IMG/VR virus record: IMGVR_UViG_3300034123_000006
Span: 1-46,292 of that record
Length of the DNA stretch: 46,292 nucleotides
Direction: 5' to 3' (one strand)
DNA from: a virus
Lineage: Duplodnaviria; Caudoviricetes
Under the pieces are notes generated by a model. It had not been told where the DNA came from. It saw only the letters and a program-made list of their open reading frames with translations, and made no database searches. The first letter of the stretch is position 1, and every line of letters begins with the position of its first letter. Of this stretch, positions 26,675-36,002 are shown piece by piece. Made by a program: the position numbers and the translations under genes.

Positions 26675-29360
26675 TGCTGCCCTCCTTCAGTATCGCGTCC
26701 ACCGCCTTCGGATCGGGCGCCTTGTTGCCGTTGCTCTTGATGATCCACATGAGGTCACACGCCTTCTTGTAGCTCAGGTTGATGCTCTGGATGCCGTACA
26801 TCTCCAGGGTCTTCGTTTGGTTGTAGTTCGCCAGCCCCAGTGCTTCCCGCTGCTTCAGGGTGCCAATGAGCTTGGACGCCTTGGCCTTGGTGAACCCCGC
26901 TGGGATGTCCACTCGCCGCGACTGGAGCCAGCCCAGTTGAGCGTCGGACGGCACTGCGCCGCCGAACCTGTCGCCCCACTCGTCGTGCTTGTCGCGCTTC
27001 ATGTGCATCACGTCGAACGGGTTGAACTCGCGCTTGGTGTAGTTCGCCCGCGCCGCGAGCAGGAGCTTTCTGGCCGCCTCGTTGCGCTTCTTCTCTTCGA
27101 TTTCGGCCTTGGCCTCGACCAGGGCGTCGCCAGCCCGCATGCCTTGGTTCTCGCGCACCTTACGCTTGGCCAGGGCTATCTCGTCCTCGTCGTACTTCCC
27201 GCCAAGGATGTCCACCGCGCTGGCCAGGTTGTGCTTGCCGCTGTTGCCGGTGAACTCCAGCAGCAGTAGGTCGCTCTTGCCGGGGTATGGTCGCAAGCCA
27301 CGGCCCACAATCTGGGCATGCAGGCTGCGGCTCTTGGTGGGGCGCCCTTGGGCAATGCAGGCCACGGGCGGGCAATCGTAGCCCTCGGTCGCAATCCCGC
27401 AGTTCGTGAGGTACTGGAAGTCACCGCGCTCGAAACCGGCCAGGGTCTGCCGGCGCACGTCGATAGGTGTCTTGCCGTTCACCGAGCGGGCGCTGCCCGC
27501 CTTGAGCTGGTTGAACAGCTCTGCCGAGCGGGTGGCGTTCTCCACGCTGGTGGTGAAGAACAGGGTCTTGAGGTCGCCGGACTCCTCGATGGTGCTCTTG
27601 ACCATGTGGGCGATGGCGCTTTCGACCATGGCCGCATCGAGGTCGCCCTGGTTGAGGTCGCCCGCGGTGGTACGGCAGGCAGCCAGGTCAAGCTCGCCCA
27701 GGAATATCTCGCGCACGCGGATGGGCACGAGGTAGCCGTCGTTGATGGCGTCCTCGATTTCGTAGACGAACGCCACGCTCTCGAAGACCTGCCCCATGGC
27801 CTTCTCATCGGCCCGGTCAGGTGTCGCGGTGACACCCAGGAGCTTCGCCGACTCGAAGTGATTGAAGATGCGCTTGTAGCTGGGCGATGGCCCATGATGG
27901 GCCTCGTCACAGATGACCAGGCCAAAGGCGTCCCGCTTCCAGCCGGCCAGCCGGTCGGGTTGGCAGAGCGTCTGCACCGAGCCAACCACGATGCGTTCCA
28001 GGCCCGCCCTTGCCTCTGCCTGCTCAAGGCCGACCATCTCCCCCGTCTCCTTGGCAATGCGCTCCCTGGCCTGCTGTAGAAGCTCATCGCGGTGGGCGAG
28101 CACCAGCACCCGGCCAGGCCAGTTGTGGGCCACGTCGGTGAACACGCGAGTGTTATGCGTCACGGTGAAGTCGCCAAGCAGGAAGCGACCGTCTCCGTCC
28201 AACTCGAATCCGAAGTATTCACCTCTCCCAATGGCCTCGACCGTGAACCCGGTTCTGAGGACGCTTTTCTTCTGTGATCGCGGACTGGCCTGCTTGCGTG
28301 GGATGCGAGTGGGGATTCGGTTTGTGTCACCTGAGATGCTGACCCTGTGGTACGTGCCGACCGCTCCTGTCTGGCATGACTTCTGGCACGACTTGACGTA
28401 GGCGGCAAGCCCGAGGCTCCTGGCCAAGAACGCCACGTCGTCGGACAGACGCTTCGAGATCGATATGAAATCGAAGCCCTTGAGCGAAAGAGATCCGTCC
28501 GTGTCGATGAGCCCCGCCAGGACTTCCAGCCTAATGGCCTCGGGCGCGTACAGGTAGGATCTCGGTACATGCTTGTCGATGCTTTGTCCGCCCAGCCCGA
28601 GCGCTATAAGGGCGGATCCGAGAGGGTTTCTGTGCCCCCTCCCGCATTCTCTTCGTTGCATCTTCATCGAGTGGACGGGTGACGTCGTATTGGGGCTCAT
28701 GGTGTGCACGGTGAGGTTCCATCTGATAGCCTCACGCTCGCACGCAGACCTAATCTCGATGTCAGGCTTGCACACGGACACGTGCGTGCCGTTGATAGAT
28801 CCGTCGCCCAGGAACACGCCGAGGAAGTACGGACCCACTGTGCGCTCGGCGCCGTGGTAGTCGGTGAACGATGCCGCCGACCGGAACATCTTGTGGCAGT
28901 GCTTCCAGTACTTTGTCTTTCCAAGGTACTCGTTGAGCGGGATGTCTACGATCTCCCCGCTCTCGGTGTGGACAAGGGTCAGCACATGCACGTCGTTGCA
29001 CACCCACGGCTCGCCCTTCACAGGGGTAATCCGGTACAGTTCACCGACTCCCTTTGTGGTGGACAAGACGGTTCTTGAGCCTCCGTCGGGGCCGACTAGG
29101 TGGTCGCCCTCAAGTATGCCCTCGACCTGGGTGGTTCCGCCGTACCCCATGAGCACGGGCGTCCCTCTGCCGAGGCACTTGCCGGTGCCCGTGGGAATGA
29201 CCAGCAGGGTGCTGCGGTTCTCGCGTAGCTGCTCGTGGATGCCGTCCACCGCCTGCTGCTGGTATGGGCGCAGGGGTTGGGCGCTCACTTGAATCCGTGG
29301 CGTGTTCTCCTCGGGCAAGTACAGACCGGCGTCGGAGCGCTCAAACAAGCTCATCTGCAT
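26667..29360 (-). CDS. SF2 (DEAD/DEAH-box) helicase containing an intein
   Basis: LRPYQ Q-motif, PTGTGK|T Walker A, DEAHH, TAT, TEGYD and QIVGRGLR motifs. Confidence 0.93.
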   Translation of the reverse strand: MQMSLFERSDAGLYLPEENTPRIQVSAQPLRPYQQQAVDGIHEQLRENRSTLLVIPTGTGKCLGRGTPVLMGYGGTTQVEGILEGDHLVGPDGGSRTVLSTTKGVGELYRITPVKGEPWVCNDVHVLTLVHTESGEIVDIPLNEYLGKTKYWKHCHKMFRSAASFTDYHGAERTVGPYFLGVFLGDGSINGTHVSVCKPDIEIRSACEREAIRWNLTVHTMSPNTTSPVHSMKMQRRECGRGHRNPLGSALIALGLGGQSIDKHVPRSYLYAPEAIRLEVLAGLIDTDGSLSLKGFDFISISKRLSDDVAFLARSLGLAAYVKSCQKSCQTGAVGTYHRVSISGDTNRIPTRIPRKQASPRSQKKSVLRTGFTVEAIGRGEYFGFELDGDGRFLLGDFTVTHNTRVFTDVAHNWPGRVLVLAHRDELLQQARERIAKETGEMVGLEQAEARAGLERIVVGSVQTLCQPDRLAGWKRDAFGLVICDEAHHGPSPSYKRIFNHFESAKLLGVTATPDRADEKAMGQVFESVAFVYEIEDAINDGYLVPIRVREIFLGELDLAACRTTAGDLNQGDLDAAMVESAIAHMVKSTIEESGDLKTLFFTTSVENATRSAELFNQLKAGSARSVNGKTPIDVRRQTLAGFERGDFQYLTNCGIATEGYDCPPVACIAQGRPTKSRSLHAQIVGRGLRPYPGKSDLLLLEFTGNSGKHNLASAVDILGGKYDEDEIALAKRKVRENQGMRAGDALVEAKAEIEEKKRNEAARKLLLAARANYTKREFNPFDVMHMKRDKHDEWGDRFGGAVPSDAQLGWLQSRRVDIPAGFTKAKASKLIGTLKQREALGLANYNQTKTLEMYGIQSINLSYKKACDLMWIIKSNGNKAPDPKAVDAILKEGSNG
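28152..29177 (-). mobile_element. Intein with a LAGLIDADG homing endonuclease (342 aa)
   Basis: Starts CLGRGT, has the block B CNDVH motif, LAGLIDADG motifs FLGVFLGDG and LAGLIDTDG, ends VTHN followed by +1 Thr; sits between K and T of the Walker A. Confidence 0.95.
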
Positions 29361-29363
29361 GGG

Positions 29364-29528
29364 CTACTCATTCTCGAAGTCGGAAGCGATGGCCTTGCAC
29401 AGCTTGATCATCGCCAACGCTGCGCGCTTCTCTTCGCCCTCGAGCGTGTCGAGGTTATTGAGGTGGTCATAGCAGTCGTTCATGTCTCGCAGCGTGTTCT
29501 GGAACCTGCAATAGCTCATGTTTGACAT
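29364..29528 (-). CDS. 54-aa hypothetical protein (MSNMSYCRFQNTLRD...; not in the ORF track)
   Basis: Clean ORF filling the gap, with an AAGGAG RBS. Confidence 0.7.
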   Translation of the reverse strand: MSNMSYCRFQNTLRDMNDCYDHLNNLDTLEGEEKRAALAMIKLCKAIASDFENE

Positions 29529-29531
29529 CAC

Positions 29532-29732
29532 TCACTCCTTCTGCAGCTTCGGCGCTGCCTGCTCGTCGCACGTGGCCTGCAATTGGCCGAATACCGTTTC
29601 CGCCTGTAGTAGCTCGGCGTCTGTGTTGGCAAGCTCCACCTCAAGCTGCTGGCGCTTGCGGCGAAGGTAGTTGCGCACGTTGAGCGCTTGCAGGGTGGCG
29701 TCGTGTAGCCTGGCCATGTCAGCGATGGTCAT
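29532..29732 (-). CDS. Hypothetical coiled-coil protein
   Basis: 66 aa; ATGA-coupled. Confidence 0.65.
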   Translation of the reverse strand: MTIADMARLHDATLQALNVRNYLRRKRQQLEVELANTDAELLQAETVFGQLQATCDEQAAPKLQKE

Positions 29733-29974
29733 GATTCCGCCTTGTACTCACCCAGCGCACAGCCCGGCGTCTGGCACAGATGCGTGTGCTGGTGGACCGT
29801 CTTGCGCTGGCACGCTGGGCACTCGGTCGCGTCGGGACCGGCCTGCTCCTCGGGCGTGCAGGCGTCTTCTCCGACGCGCTCGCTCACGAGCTTTCGATAT
29901 GGGTCCGGCCCTGTGCCGTCAAAGAAGCGCGCGGCCCATCGCGAATCACGCCAGCATTTCTCGCAGCTACTCAT
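29729..29974 (-). CDS. Cys-rich hypothetical protein
   Basis: CEKC, CPAC and C...C motifs. Confidence 0.65.
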   Translation of the reverse strand: MSSCEKCWRDSRWAARFFDGTGPDPYRKLVSERVGEDACTPEEQAGPDATECPACQRKTVHQHTHLCQTPGCALGEYKAES

Positions 29975-30311
29975 GGGATAACTCCGCTTCTATGCTCCGT
30001 AGGTGCGGGTCAAAATCAGCCCTGACCCGAAGTCCGGAAGCAATGGTTTGCAACAAGCGCGTTCGACGGTTCAGCGCCGACTGCAGTTTCTTCACACGCG
30101 ACGGCTCTTCCTTGCACAACATCTCGGGCCAGCCGAGCCCCTTCTTGATTCTGTTGCCACCTTCGGCGGCCTGGTCGCAGTCCTCGACGGACTTCCCATA
30201 GGTCACCACGTGCATCAGTTTCCCGTCCCAGGCAACAAGGATGACCTGGCGCAAGTCGTGGTCCTTGGCGATTCGCTTTGCAGCGGCGATGGGGATCCGA
30301 ACGCTACTCAT
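29967..30311 (-). CDS. Hypothetical protein
   Basis: 114 aa, IPIAAAKRIA...HVVTYG. Confidence 0.7.
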   Translation of the reverse strand: MSSVRIPIAAAKRIAKDHDLRQVILVAWDGKLMHVVTYGKSVEDCDQAAEGGNRIKKGLGWPEMLCKEEPSRVKKLQSALNRRTRLLQTIASGLRVRADFDPHLRSIEAELSHE

Positions 30312-31104
30312 GACCGTTTGCCTCCAAGAAATCCCGTGCCCGCTTGCGGGCGTTCTCGACGTATTCGTTCGTCCGATCTAGCGGGTGCGTTTCGATGGCG
30401 CTGCATAGCGTGTGCAGCATGGCCAAGGCGGGCTTGGCAACGTCGTTCATCGCACATTCCTGGCCCATCCCATGCGCGTCCACGCAGGTGTCTAGCCACA
30501 TCTCGTCGGCGCGTTCACGCAGCCGCCGAATCGCTTCTTTGGCCTTCAGGCGCGCGCCCTCGGTCATGGGGAGACTCGGCGTGGTCGGTACGCACTTCGC
30601 GCACGGACGCTCGGCGCCTCGGCACTCCTCGCACTCGGGCTCGCGGTCCGCATCGTCCGGATCGCCGCCGCCGACGGTTCCGCCGCCCATGTAGCCGCGC
30701 CTCGGTTGAACCGGCGGTGAGTAGCATTGAATCATGTAGTGCAGGCTCGCCGACAGTTCGGGATATTCGCCCGCGCACGCCCGCGAGTAGGCTTCCATGG
30801 CCGGGATGGTGAAAGGGTCATGCTTCCAATCGAGCACGAAGTATTCACAGTCCGTGTGCTTCCCTCGGGGGTCCGTGAGGCGGGTGACGTTGTACTTACG
30901 ATACAGGCCCATTCGCTTGTCGCCTCCGAGGTCTTGCTCCTTTGGTGGCGCAACAGGGTGCACGCAAGCGACATGAGCGCGACGTCCATAACCTCCGTCA
31001 TGGTACATCTGCCCGAGCGTGATCGATTGTTTGCAAACGGCGCATTCGTGGAGCGAATTGCACTTGCGGGAACGGTACTTCGAGTAGTCAGTCTTGAAAT
31101 CCAT
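30304..31104 (-). CDS. Multidomain hypothetical protein with zinc fingers
   Basis: N-terminal C..C...H..C, central LYRKYNV.R......H..C.YFVLD..HDP domain, CEEC/CAKC motifs. Confidence 0.7.
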   Translation of the reverse strand: MDFKTDYSKYRSRKCNSLHECAVCKQSITLGQMYHDGGYGRRAHVACVHPVAPPKEQDLGGDKRMGLYRKYNVTRLTDPRGKHTDCEYFVLDWKHDPFTIPAMEAYSRACAGEYPELSASLHYMIQCYSPPVQPRRGYMGGGTVGGGDPDDADREPECEECRGAERPCAKCVPTTPSLPMTEGARLKAKEAIRRLRERADEMWLDTCVDAHGMGQECAMNDVAKPALAMLHTLCSAIETHPLDRTNEYVENARKRARDFLEANGHE

Positions 31105-31118
31105 TCTTGACTCCTTGC

Positions 31119-31137
31119 GACTAACAATTTGTTAGTC
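31119..31137. promoter_or_regulatory. Palindrome GACTAACAATTTGTTAGTC, copy 2 (intergenic, just upstream of an RBS)
   Basis: Lies between the stop at 31137 and the AAGGAG RBS of the gene starting at 31104. Confidence 0.7.
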
Positions 31138-31628
31138 TACACTGCGTTATTTGGTTCAAGTCCTTCCTCGGGAACAACTACGTGCGTCCACCCTGTCGTT
31201 CTGGTGCACGAGACGTAAATCACCTTGTTCTGGTACATGAAGAACCACCCGCCTTGCTTCCTGCCCCACATCCTCGTGAACCCTCGGTCAACCCTCCTGA
31301 GCACGGACTTGAAGTGCGGAGCTTTTACGTGTCCTGCTATCTGCGACGGTGGGGTAGCATCGATCCCACTTACGCTGCGAACCGGCTGAGCCTTTCCCTC
31401 TTCGTCGATGGATGACTTGATGGCTGCTACGAGGGCATCCATCGGATCGTAGAACCCAGATGTCCCGGTTTGCACAACCGCCGTTCGACTCTTGTACCCG
31501 GCGAACTTGCCACCCTTTGCGCTCCTAATTGAGACACCAACCTGGCCCTCCTTGCTGCTGTTGCTCAACGCCTTCCCCAACCGCCTTGCCTGTCTTTCGG
31601 AAGTGGATCGCGTGTGCTTCGATCCCAT
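31137..31628 (-). CDS. Hypothetical basic protein
   Basis: 163-aa ORF. Confidence 0.6.
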   Translation of the reverse strand: MGSKHTRSTSERQARRLGKALSNSSKEGQVGVSIRSAKGGKFAGYKSRTAVVQTGTSGFYDPMDALVAAIKSSIDEEGKAQPVRSVSGIDATPPSQIAGHVKAPHFKSVLRRVDRGFTRMWGRKQGGWFFMYQNKVIYVSCTRTTGWTHVVVPEEGLEPNNAV

Positions 31629-31631
31629 GAC

Positions 31632-31958
31632 CTACTTGCCTCCGATCCGGCAACCGTCGGCTACTCCTGTTTCGGCAGGAGCGGGAGCGACCACTAGTCC
31701 GCCCTTCGGGCTGAGAGCGCCTGCGCGCGCCGGTGAAAGGTGCGCCGCATTAAGAGCGATGTCAACTGGGTTCTTTGTCTCCAGGTAAGAGCCGCGAAAC
31801 CATTGGTGTTTTTCATAGGTGGGGTGCGGAGTCCCCAGTATGCAAATGTAGGGAAAACGCAGGTTTAGGCCACAGTGCATCAGACTTCGTGCTCCCTTTG
31901 TTGGGAATCGTGCCACCTCATCGAAGTGACACGATTCCGAAGATTCGTGCTCTCTCAT
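31632..31958 (-). CDS. Hypothetical protein
   Basis: 108 aa with an ATGA overlap; atypical composition. Confidence 0.4.
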   Translation of the reverse strand: MREHESSESCHFDEVARFPTKGARSLMHCGLNLRFPYICILGTPHPTYEKHQWFRGSYLETKNPVDIALNAAHLSPARAGALSPKGGLVVAPAPAETGVADGCRIGGK

Positions 31959-32311
31959 TCTCTTCCTCCCATCCTGACCCTAGTGCTCGCTGACCAGTTC
32001 TCGTCGGTTCTCGCCCACCCACTGGCAAACAGACACACGTGCTCGCCTCGAAGCCCGCAGAGCTTGCAGTGGGTTAAGTCGCTGGGCTTCTCGATGTGGC
32101 GCTTGGCTGGAGACATCCCCTGCTGGTGGCGGTTCCAGTAGCGGACAGCCCCGTCACGTGTCTTGCCGAAGACTGCGCGGCCCTTGCCCACGTGGGTAGC
32201 GCGGTCAGGGCAGCGGACTGACCACTGGGCACCACGAGAGTCTGGGTCGTGCTGAATGACGGCTTTGGCTTCGCAGTAGCGGCAGGCCACCGGCTCGCAG
32301 CTACTGCCCAT
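31955..32311 (-). CDS. Lar-like (restriction alleviation) zinc-finger protein
   Basis: PVACRYC...WSVRC......T...AV..WNR pattern. Confidence 0.55.
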   Translation of the reverse strand: MGSSCEPVACRYCEAKAVIQHDPDSRGAQWSVRCPDRATHVGKGRAVFGKTRDGAVRYWNRHQQGMSPAKRHIEKPSDLTHCKLCGLRGEHVCLFASGWARTDENWSASTRVRMGGRE

Positions 32312-33237
32312 CACTTCACCTCGCTTAGCAGTGTGAACTTGCCTTCGACGTACACCCCGGCCTCGGCGCCACGAGCCAGTAGCACCTGTGGCACGTTCGT
32401 GGACCTAGCGGCAATCCATCCCTTGCCTCTGCAACCGAGACACGTCGCCTTGCGCGTCTTGATCTGCTTGCAGTAGGGGCATTGATGGGTTGGCTTGTAG
32501 GACCGAACCGTTGCAGCCGCGCTGTGCAGAGCGAGGACCACTGGGCTGTACTCGCCCGCGCCAACATTCACGTGCCTCGTGCAGTCGCCCTGGAGCTTGA
32601 CCAGAGCCTTCTCGATGCCTTCGAGGAAGCTGTGCTCGACCTGGGCGTCGCGCTCCACCTCCTCGTCCACCGGCAGACCCATCCAGTCGAGGCAGGTCGA
32701 TGGCTTGTCGCTGTACTCGTCGGGGTTGGCTTCCTTCTTGGCCCTGTACTCGGCCTGCTGGACTGCCGCGGGCGTGCGTCCGGTGATAGCAGCCACACGC
32801 TCGATGGCAGCTTTCTTGGCACCTGGACGAGCTTCCTCCTCGGGCTCCTCGTCCTCGTCGGGAACGTCGGGGAATGTCTGCTCGGGCGTAGGGTGCTCAA
32901 GCTCCAGCAGTCGCGCGATTTCCTGGTCCGTGGCCTTGCGCCGCCTGACCTGCTCGACGAGGCAGGCCTGTTCAAGCTCCTCGGGTGTGCCTTCGAGCAT
33001 GAGCACCCACACCGTCTTGAGCTTGCAGTTGAGGGCAGCGGCAAAACGGTGCTTTCCGCCCAGTAGCTTGCCAGTCGCGTACTCGACGATGATAGGATCG
33101 GCTGGCTTGCCGCCCGTGCTGTCGAGGGATGCGCCGAGGTCGAGGGTGTGCTGCTCTCGGCGGATCTTCTCGATGTCGCCGGGAGCCTTGACCTTGCAGG
33201 TTTCGACCTGCTTGTAGCCGTGGTGGATGATGCTCAT
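32311..33237 (-). CDS. ParB/Srx-like N-terminal domain protein with an HTH-like middle and a C-terminal CxxC...CxxCxGxG finger
   Basis: PIIV.....LLGGKHRFAA ParB box; AIERVAAITGRTPAAVQQA helix-turn-helix-like segment; ATG at 33237 with an ATGA overlap. Confidence 0.75.
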   Translation of the reverse strand: MSIIHHGYKQVETCKVKAPGDIEKIRREQHTLDLGASLDSTGGKPADPIIVEYATGKLLGGKHRFAAALNCKLKTVWVLMLEGTPEELEQACLVEQVRRRKATDQEIARLLELEHPTPEQTFPDVPDEDEEPEEEARPGAKKAAIERVAAITGRTPAAVQQAEYRAKKEANPDEYSDKPSTCLDWMGLPVDEEVERDAQVEHSFLEGIEKALVKLQGDCTRHVNVGAGEYSPVVLALHSAAATVRSYKPTHQCPYCKQIKTRKATCLGCRGKGWIAARSTNVPQVLLARGAEAGVYVEGKFTLLSEVK

Positions 33238-34178
33238 TTGTCGATGTCCACTTCGCTGGCGCCAGATTCCTTGGCCTCGTCCATCCATGCAGGCATGTCG
33301 TCCTCCTTCGGTCGCTCGCCAGCCTTTGCCTTGGCGATCATGGGAATGATTTCGTCGGCGTACAGTTCGAGCAGCCCACCCACCATGGGCGCAGGCTTGC
33401 GCATGCCATTGACCCAGGCCAGGTAGGCAGCCTTCGATGCATCCTGGTTCTCCTTCTTGCTCTTGGCTGGGTCGTGAGGAGCGATGCCCATGACATCCAG
33501 GTGCGCGGCCAGTCGCAGCACTTCCTCTTTGCTGGCCTTGTGGCGTACGGGTGGCTCGGGTGTGGCTGGTCGCTTGGCCTCGGCCATGAGCTTGGGAAGG
33601 TCTGCCAGGGTGAGTGAGTCGGCGGCGGGCAGGGGGCGACCGAGCTTGGCTTCGCACCACGCCTTGACCGCGGTTGGCTCCTTGAGTCCAAGGGCTTCGA
33701 GGGCAGTCCACAGCGGCTCGAAGGGATCGCCCCCCTCGTTGTCGGCACTCGGCGACTCGGCGTCCCCGTCTGCATCCTTCTCGGGCAAGCAGAACGATTG
33801 CACCACCGCGTACTTGGCCGATGCTGTCATGGCCTTGTTGCTGGCCTTGTCGCTGTAGTCCATGCCCTCGCCGATGGTCACGCACGGGATGAACGATCCA
33901 TCAGGAGCATAGAAGCGGTGTTCGACCTTCATGGTCACGTGGAAGGTGAACTTGCCGGCGCTGCGCTCGTACTTGGAACACTGATAGTCGGAGATGGCGA
34001 ACGGGGCGAAGTGTACGCCGTTCGATGCCATGACCGGCTGGGCTGCGCGGTAGACATCGGCCACGGCGCGGAAGGCATAGCCCTGGTCTTTGTTCTCGCC
34101 CCACTTGCCGACGGCCTTTATCTCGGCCATGCACTTGGCCATCAGCGCGTGGATCATTGGTTGCTTGGTGTCTTCCAT
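33234..34178 (-). CDS. ERF-family single-strand annealing protein
   Basis: K.G.N..QGY.FR..ADVY and GEGMDYSDKASNKAMT...KY.....FC.P motifs. Confidence 0.85.
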   Translation of the reverse strand: MEDTKQPMIHALMAKCMAEIKAVGKWGENKDQGYAFRAVADVYRAAQPVMASNGVHFAPFAISDYQCSKYERSAGKFTFHVTMKVEHRFYAPDGSFIPCVTIGEGMDYSDKASNKAMTASAKYAVVQSFCLPEKDADGDAESPSADNEGGDPFEPLWTALEALGLKEPTAVKAWCEAKLGRPLPAADSLTLADLPKLMAEAKRPATPEPPVRHKASKEEVLRLAAHLDVMGIAPHDPAKSKKENQDASKAAYLAWVNGMRKPAPMVGGLLELYADEIIPMIAKAKAGERPKEDDMPAWMDEAKESGASEVDIDK

Positions 34179-34480
34179 GGGTCACTCCTCGTTGGTAAGT
34201 AGCTCAACTCTATGCGTGGCTGCGTCGATGGCATCGCCTGGGTCGGTGATTGCTGGCTGGTCCGCATAGTCGGCAGCGCGGTTCAACTCGATGGCGAGCA
34301 GTCGCGCCTCGGTGGGAGGCATGTAGAAGCACGACTGCGAGAACGCTCCATGCTCGCCGGCAGTACGGAACGCCGGCTGAATGCTGATGAACGCCTCGCC
34401 CTGAGTTTCCTTGCCGCGGCGAAATCCTGTGGCTTTGAATTGGTTCATTGGTTGCTTGGTGTCTTCCATGGGTCACTCCT
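34154..34480. repeat. 36-bp exact direct repeats (34154-34189 and 34445-34480) bounding one gene
   Basis: TCATTGGTTGCTTGGTGTCTTCCATGGGTCACTCCT occurs twice, 291 bp apart. Confidence 0.95.
34182..34469 (-). CDS. Hypothetical protein sharing its first 8 aa (MEDTKQPM) with ERF
   Basis: 95 aa; its start and stop both lie within the repeats. Confidence 0.7.
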   Translation of the reverse strand: MEDTKQPMNQFKATGFRRGKETQGEAFISIQPAFRTAGEHGAFSQSCFYMPPTEARLLAIELNRAADYADQPAITDPGDAIDAATHRVELLTNEE

Positions 34481-34836
34481 TACTTCATTCCAGCTTTTGC
34501 GAAGGCATCGCAGAAGGCGACACGCGCCACCCAGTTGGCCAAGCGCGTGGCCAGCGGGATGTTCTTAGGAGAACCATAGGATGTCGTGGGAACCGTCTCG
34601 TTTGGTGGGGCTTGCGGTAGTCCATCGAGCAGAGAGTGGGCAGCTTCTAGCTCGTTCTCTGCCTTAGCCGAGGACCGGCTGTACATCTCGGCATATGACT
34701 TCTGTTGTGCTTCAGCCTTGGTCAGCCTGTCGATTTCAGCGGCACTCGAAGTCTTGAGCAGTCCCAGTTCAGTCTGAACCGTTGACAGTTGGGCCAGTAG
34801 CTTGTCCATCGTCTCGCGTTCGCTCTTGTTCATCAT
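34480..34836 (-). CDS. Hypothetical coiled-coil protein
   Basis: MMNKSERE... after AAGGAG. Confidence 0.7.
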   Translation of the reverse strand: MMNKSERETMDKLLAQLSTVQTELGLLKTSSAAEIDRLTKAEAQQKSYAEMYSRSSAKAENELEAAHSLLDGLPQAPPNETVPTTSYGSPKNIPLATRLANWVARVAFCDAFAKAGMK

Positions 34837-34841
34837 GGTGG

Positions 34842-35291
34842 TCACTCCTTGGTCTTCTTGGTCCCGTGCTTCGGGCACCAGTTGCAGACAGTCGTTGCCC
34901 TCATACCGCACCAACAAGGCGCAGCAAATATCACTCGTTGCAGGTCTTCAGTCGCCACCACGGTGTCAATCAGTGGCGGGTGTGCTTCGTCCTTGCTGCC
35001 GATAGCGCAAGCCTCAGAGCACACGGGAATGCGCTCAATCATCTGGCCATCGACGTACACGTCAACCACACTCGTGGCCAACTCCCCGCACCAGTCGCAG
35101 CGCGGGCGCATGCGGTCGTCACAGTCGGGGCATAGACCGTCGGTCAAGTCGTCGCGCCCTACCTCGGCAGCGCATTCTAGGCAGTCTGCCATGGGGTTTC
35201 GTTGCTCCTCTTCGTCGAGGTGGCGTATAGCAAGGTCGCCAGGGCCAGCCAGTGGTCGGTTGCTCGTTCCCCAGGACAGATCGCGGATCAT
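34842..35291 (-). CDS. Cys-rich multi-zinc-finger hypothetical protein
   Basis: CLEC, CPDC, CDWC, CSEAC and further CxC motifs. Confidence 0.6.
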   Translation of the reverse strand: MIRDLSWGTSNRPLAGPGDLAIRHLDEEEQRNPMADCLECAAEVGRDDLTDGLCPDCDDRMRPRCDWCGELATSVVDVYVDGQMIERIPVCSEACAIGSKDEAHPPLIDTVVATEDLQRVIFAAPCWCGMRATTVCNWCPKHGTKKTKE

Positions 35292-35605
35292 GGCGTTTCC
35301 TTCCCCGGCGCGGGCTGGGCGGCGTCGTTGCGCTGGCCAATGGCCCACGCTACGAATCTGGACATGGCCTTGGTGTAGCCAGCCGCGAATTGTCCACCAA
35401 TCCCGGCATACCTGATTCCATACTCCTGCGCCAATTCCGCAGCCTCATCGAAGCACTTCCTGCGTTCATCGGCCCGCGCTGCGGCCACGGCTGCGGCCAG
35501 GTCGGTGGCGTAGGCGGCGCGCACGTCGCCCAGCCATGCCCATGTCCGCATGTTGGCCGCCAACTTGGCATCCACCTTGTCCAGATTCGGCGTCTTGGCT
35601 ACCAT
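35288..35605 (-). CDS. Hypothetical protein
   Basis: MVAKTPNLDK... after GAGGAGG; ARADERRKC motif. Confidence 0.6.
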   Translation of the reverse strand: MVAKTPNLDKVDAKLAANMRTWAWLGDVRAAYATDLAAAVAAARADERRKCFDEAAELAQEYGIRYAGIGGQFAAGYTKAMSRFVAWAIGQRNDAAQPAPGKETP

Positions 35606-35817
35606 TTGTCCCTCCTCGTTGGCCTTCTGACCTTGCGCCCCACGGGCAGTCCGCAGGATACCTTCGTGCAGTCGCAGGAAACCGTGCGGCAGCTTTCGCA
35701 CGTGTCCAGGTGTGGCGGGCAGTCGTCGATCACGTGCTTGCGCCACATAGCGGCCAGCCAGTCGCTGGTATCGTAGTAGGCAGGCACCACGAGGAGCCAG
35801 TAGAGCAGGCGGATCAT
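35599..35817 (-). CDS. Hypothetical protein with a hydrophobic N-terminus and CxxC motif
   Basis: MIRLLYWLLVVP...; ATGA-coupled. Confidence 0.5.
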   Translation of the reverse strand: MIRLLYWLLVVPAYYDTSDWLAAMWRKHVIDDCPPHLDTCESCRTVSCDCTKVSCGLPVGRKVRRPTRRDKW

Positions 35818-36002
35818 GGCATATCGTCCTGGTAGGAGTCCTGCTGCCCGTCGCACCATGCATGCCAGCAGTCCGGGCACACAGTCTCTCGCGTCTTGGG
35901 CGCATAGCCAATGGATTCGCCTATGGCCACCTCGTGGCCACACGTCGCGCGGTGGTTGCGCTTGGCTTGCGTGTTGACCATGTCATCGAAGATGGCCTTC
36001 AT
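35814..36002 (-). CDS. Small zinc-binding protein, paralogue of 37746-37982
   Basis: CGH.V..G..IGY...ETVC..CW motif. Confidence 0.65.
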   Translation of the reverse strand: MKAIFDDMVNTQAKRNHRATCGHEVAIGESIGYAPKTRETVCPDCWHAWCDGQQDSYQDDMP

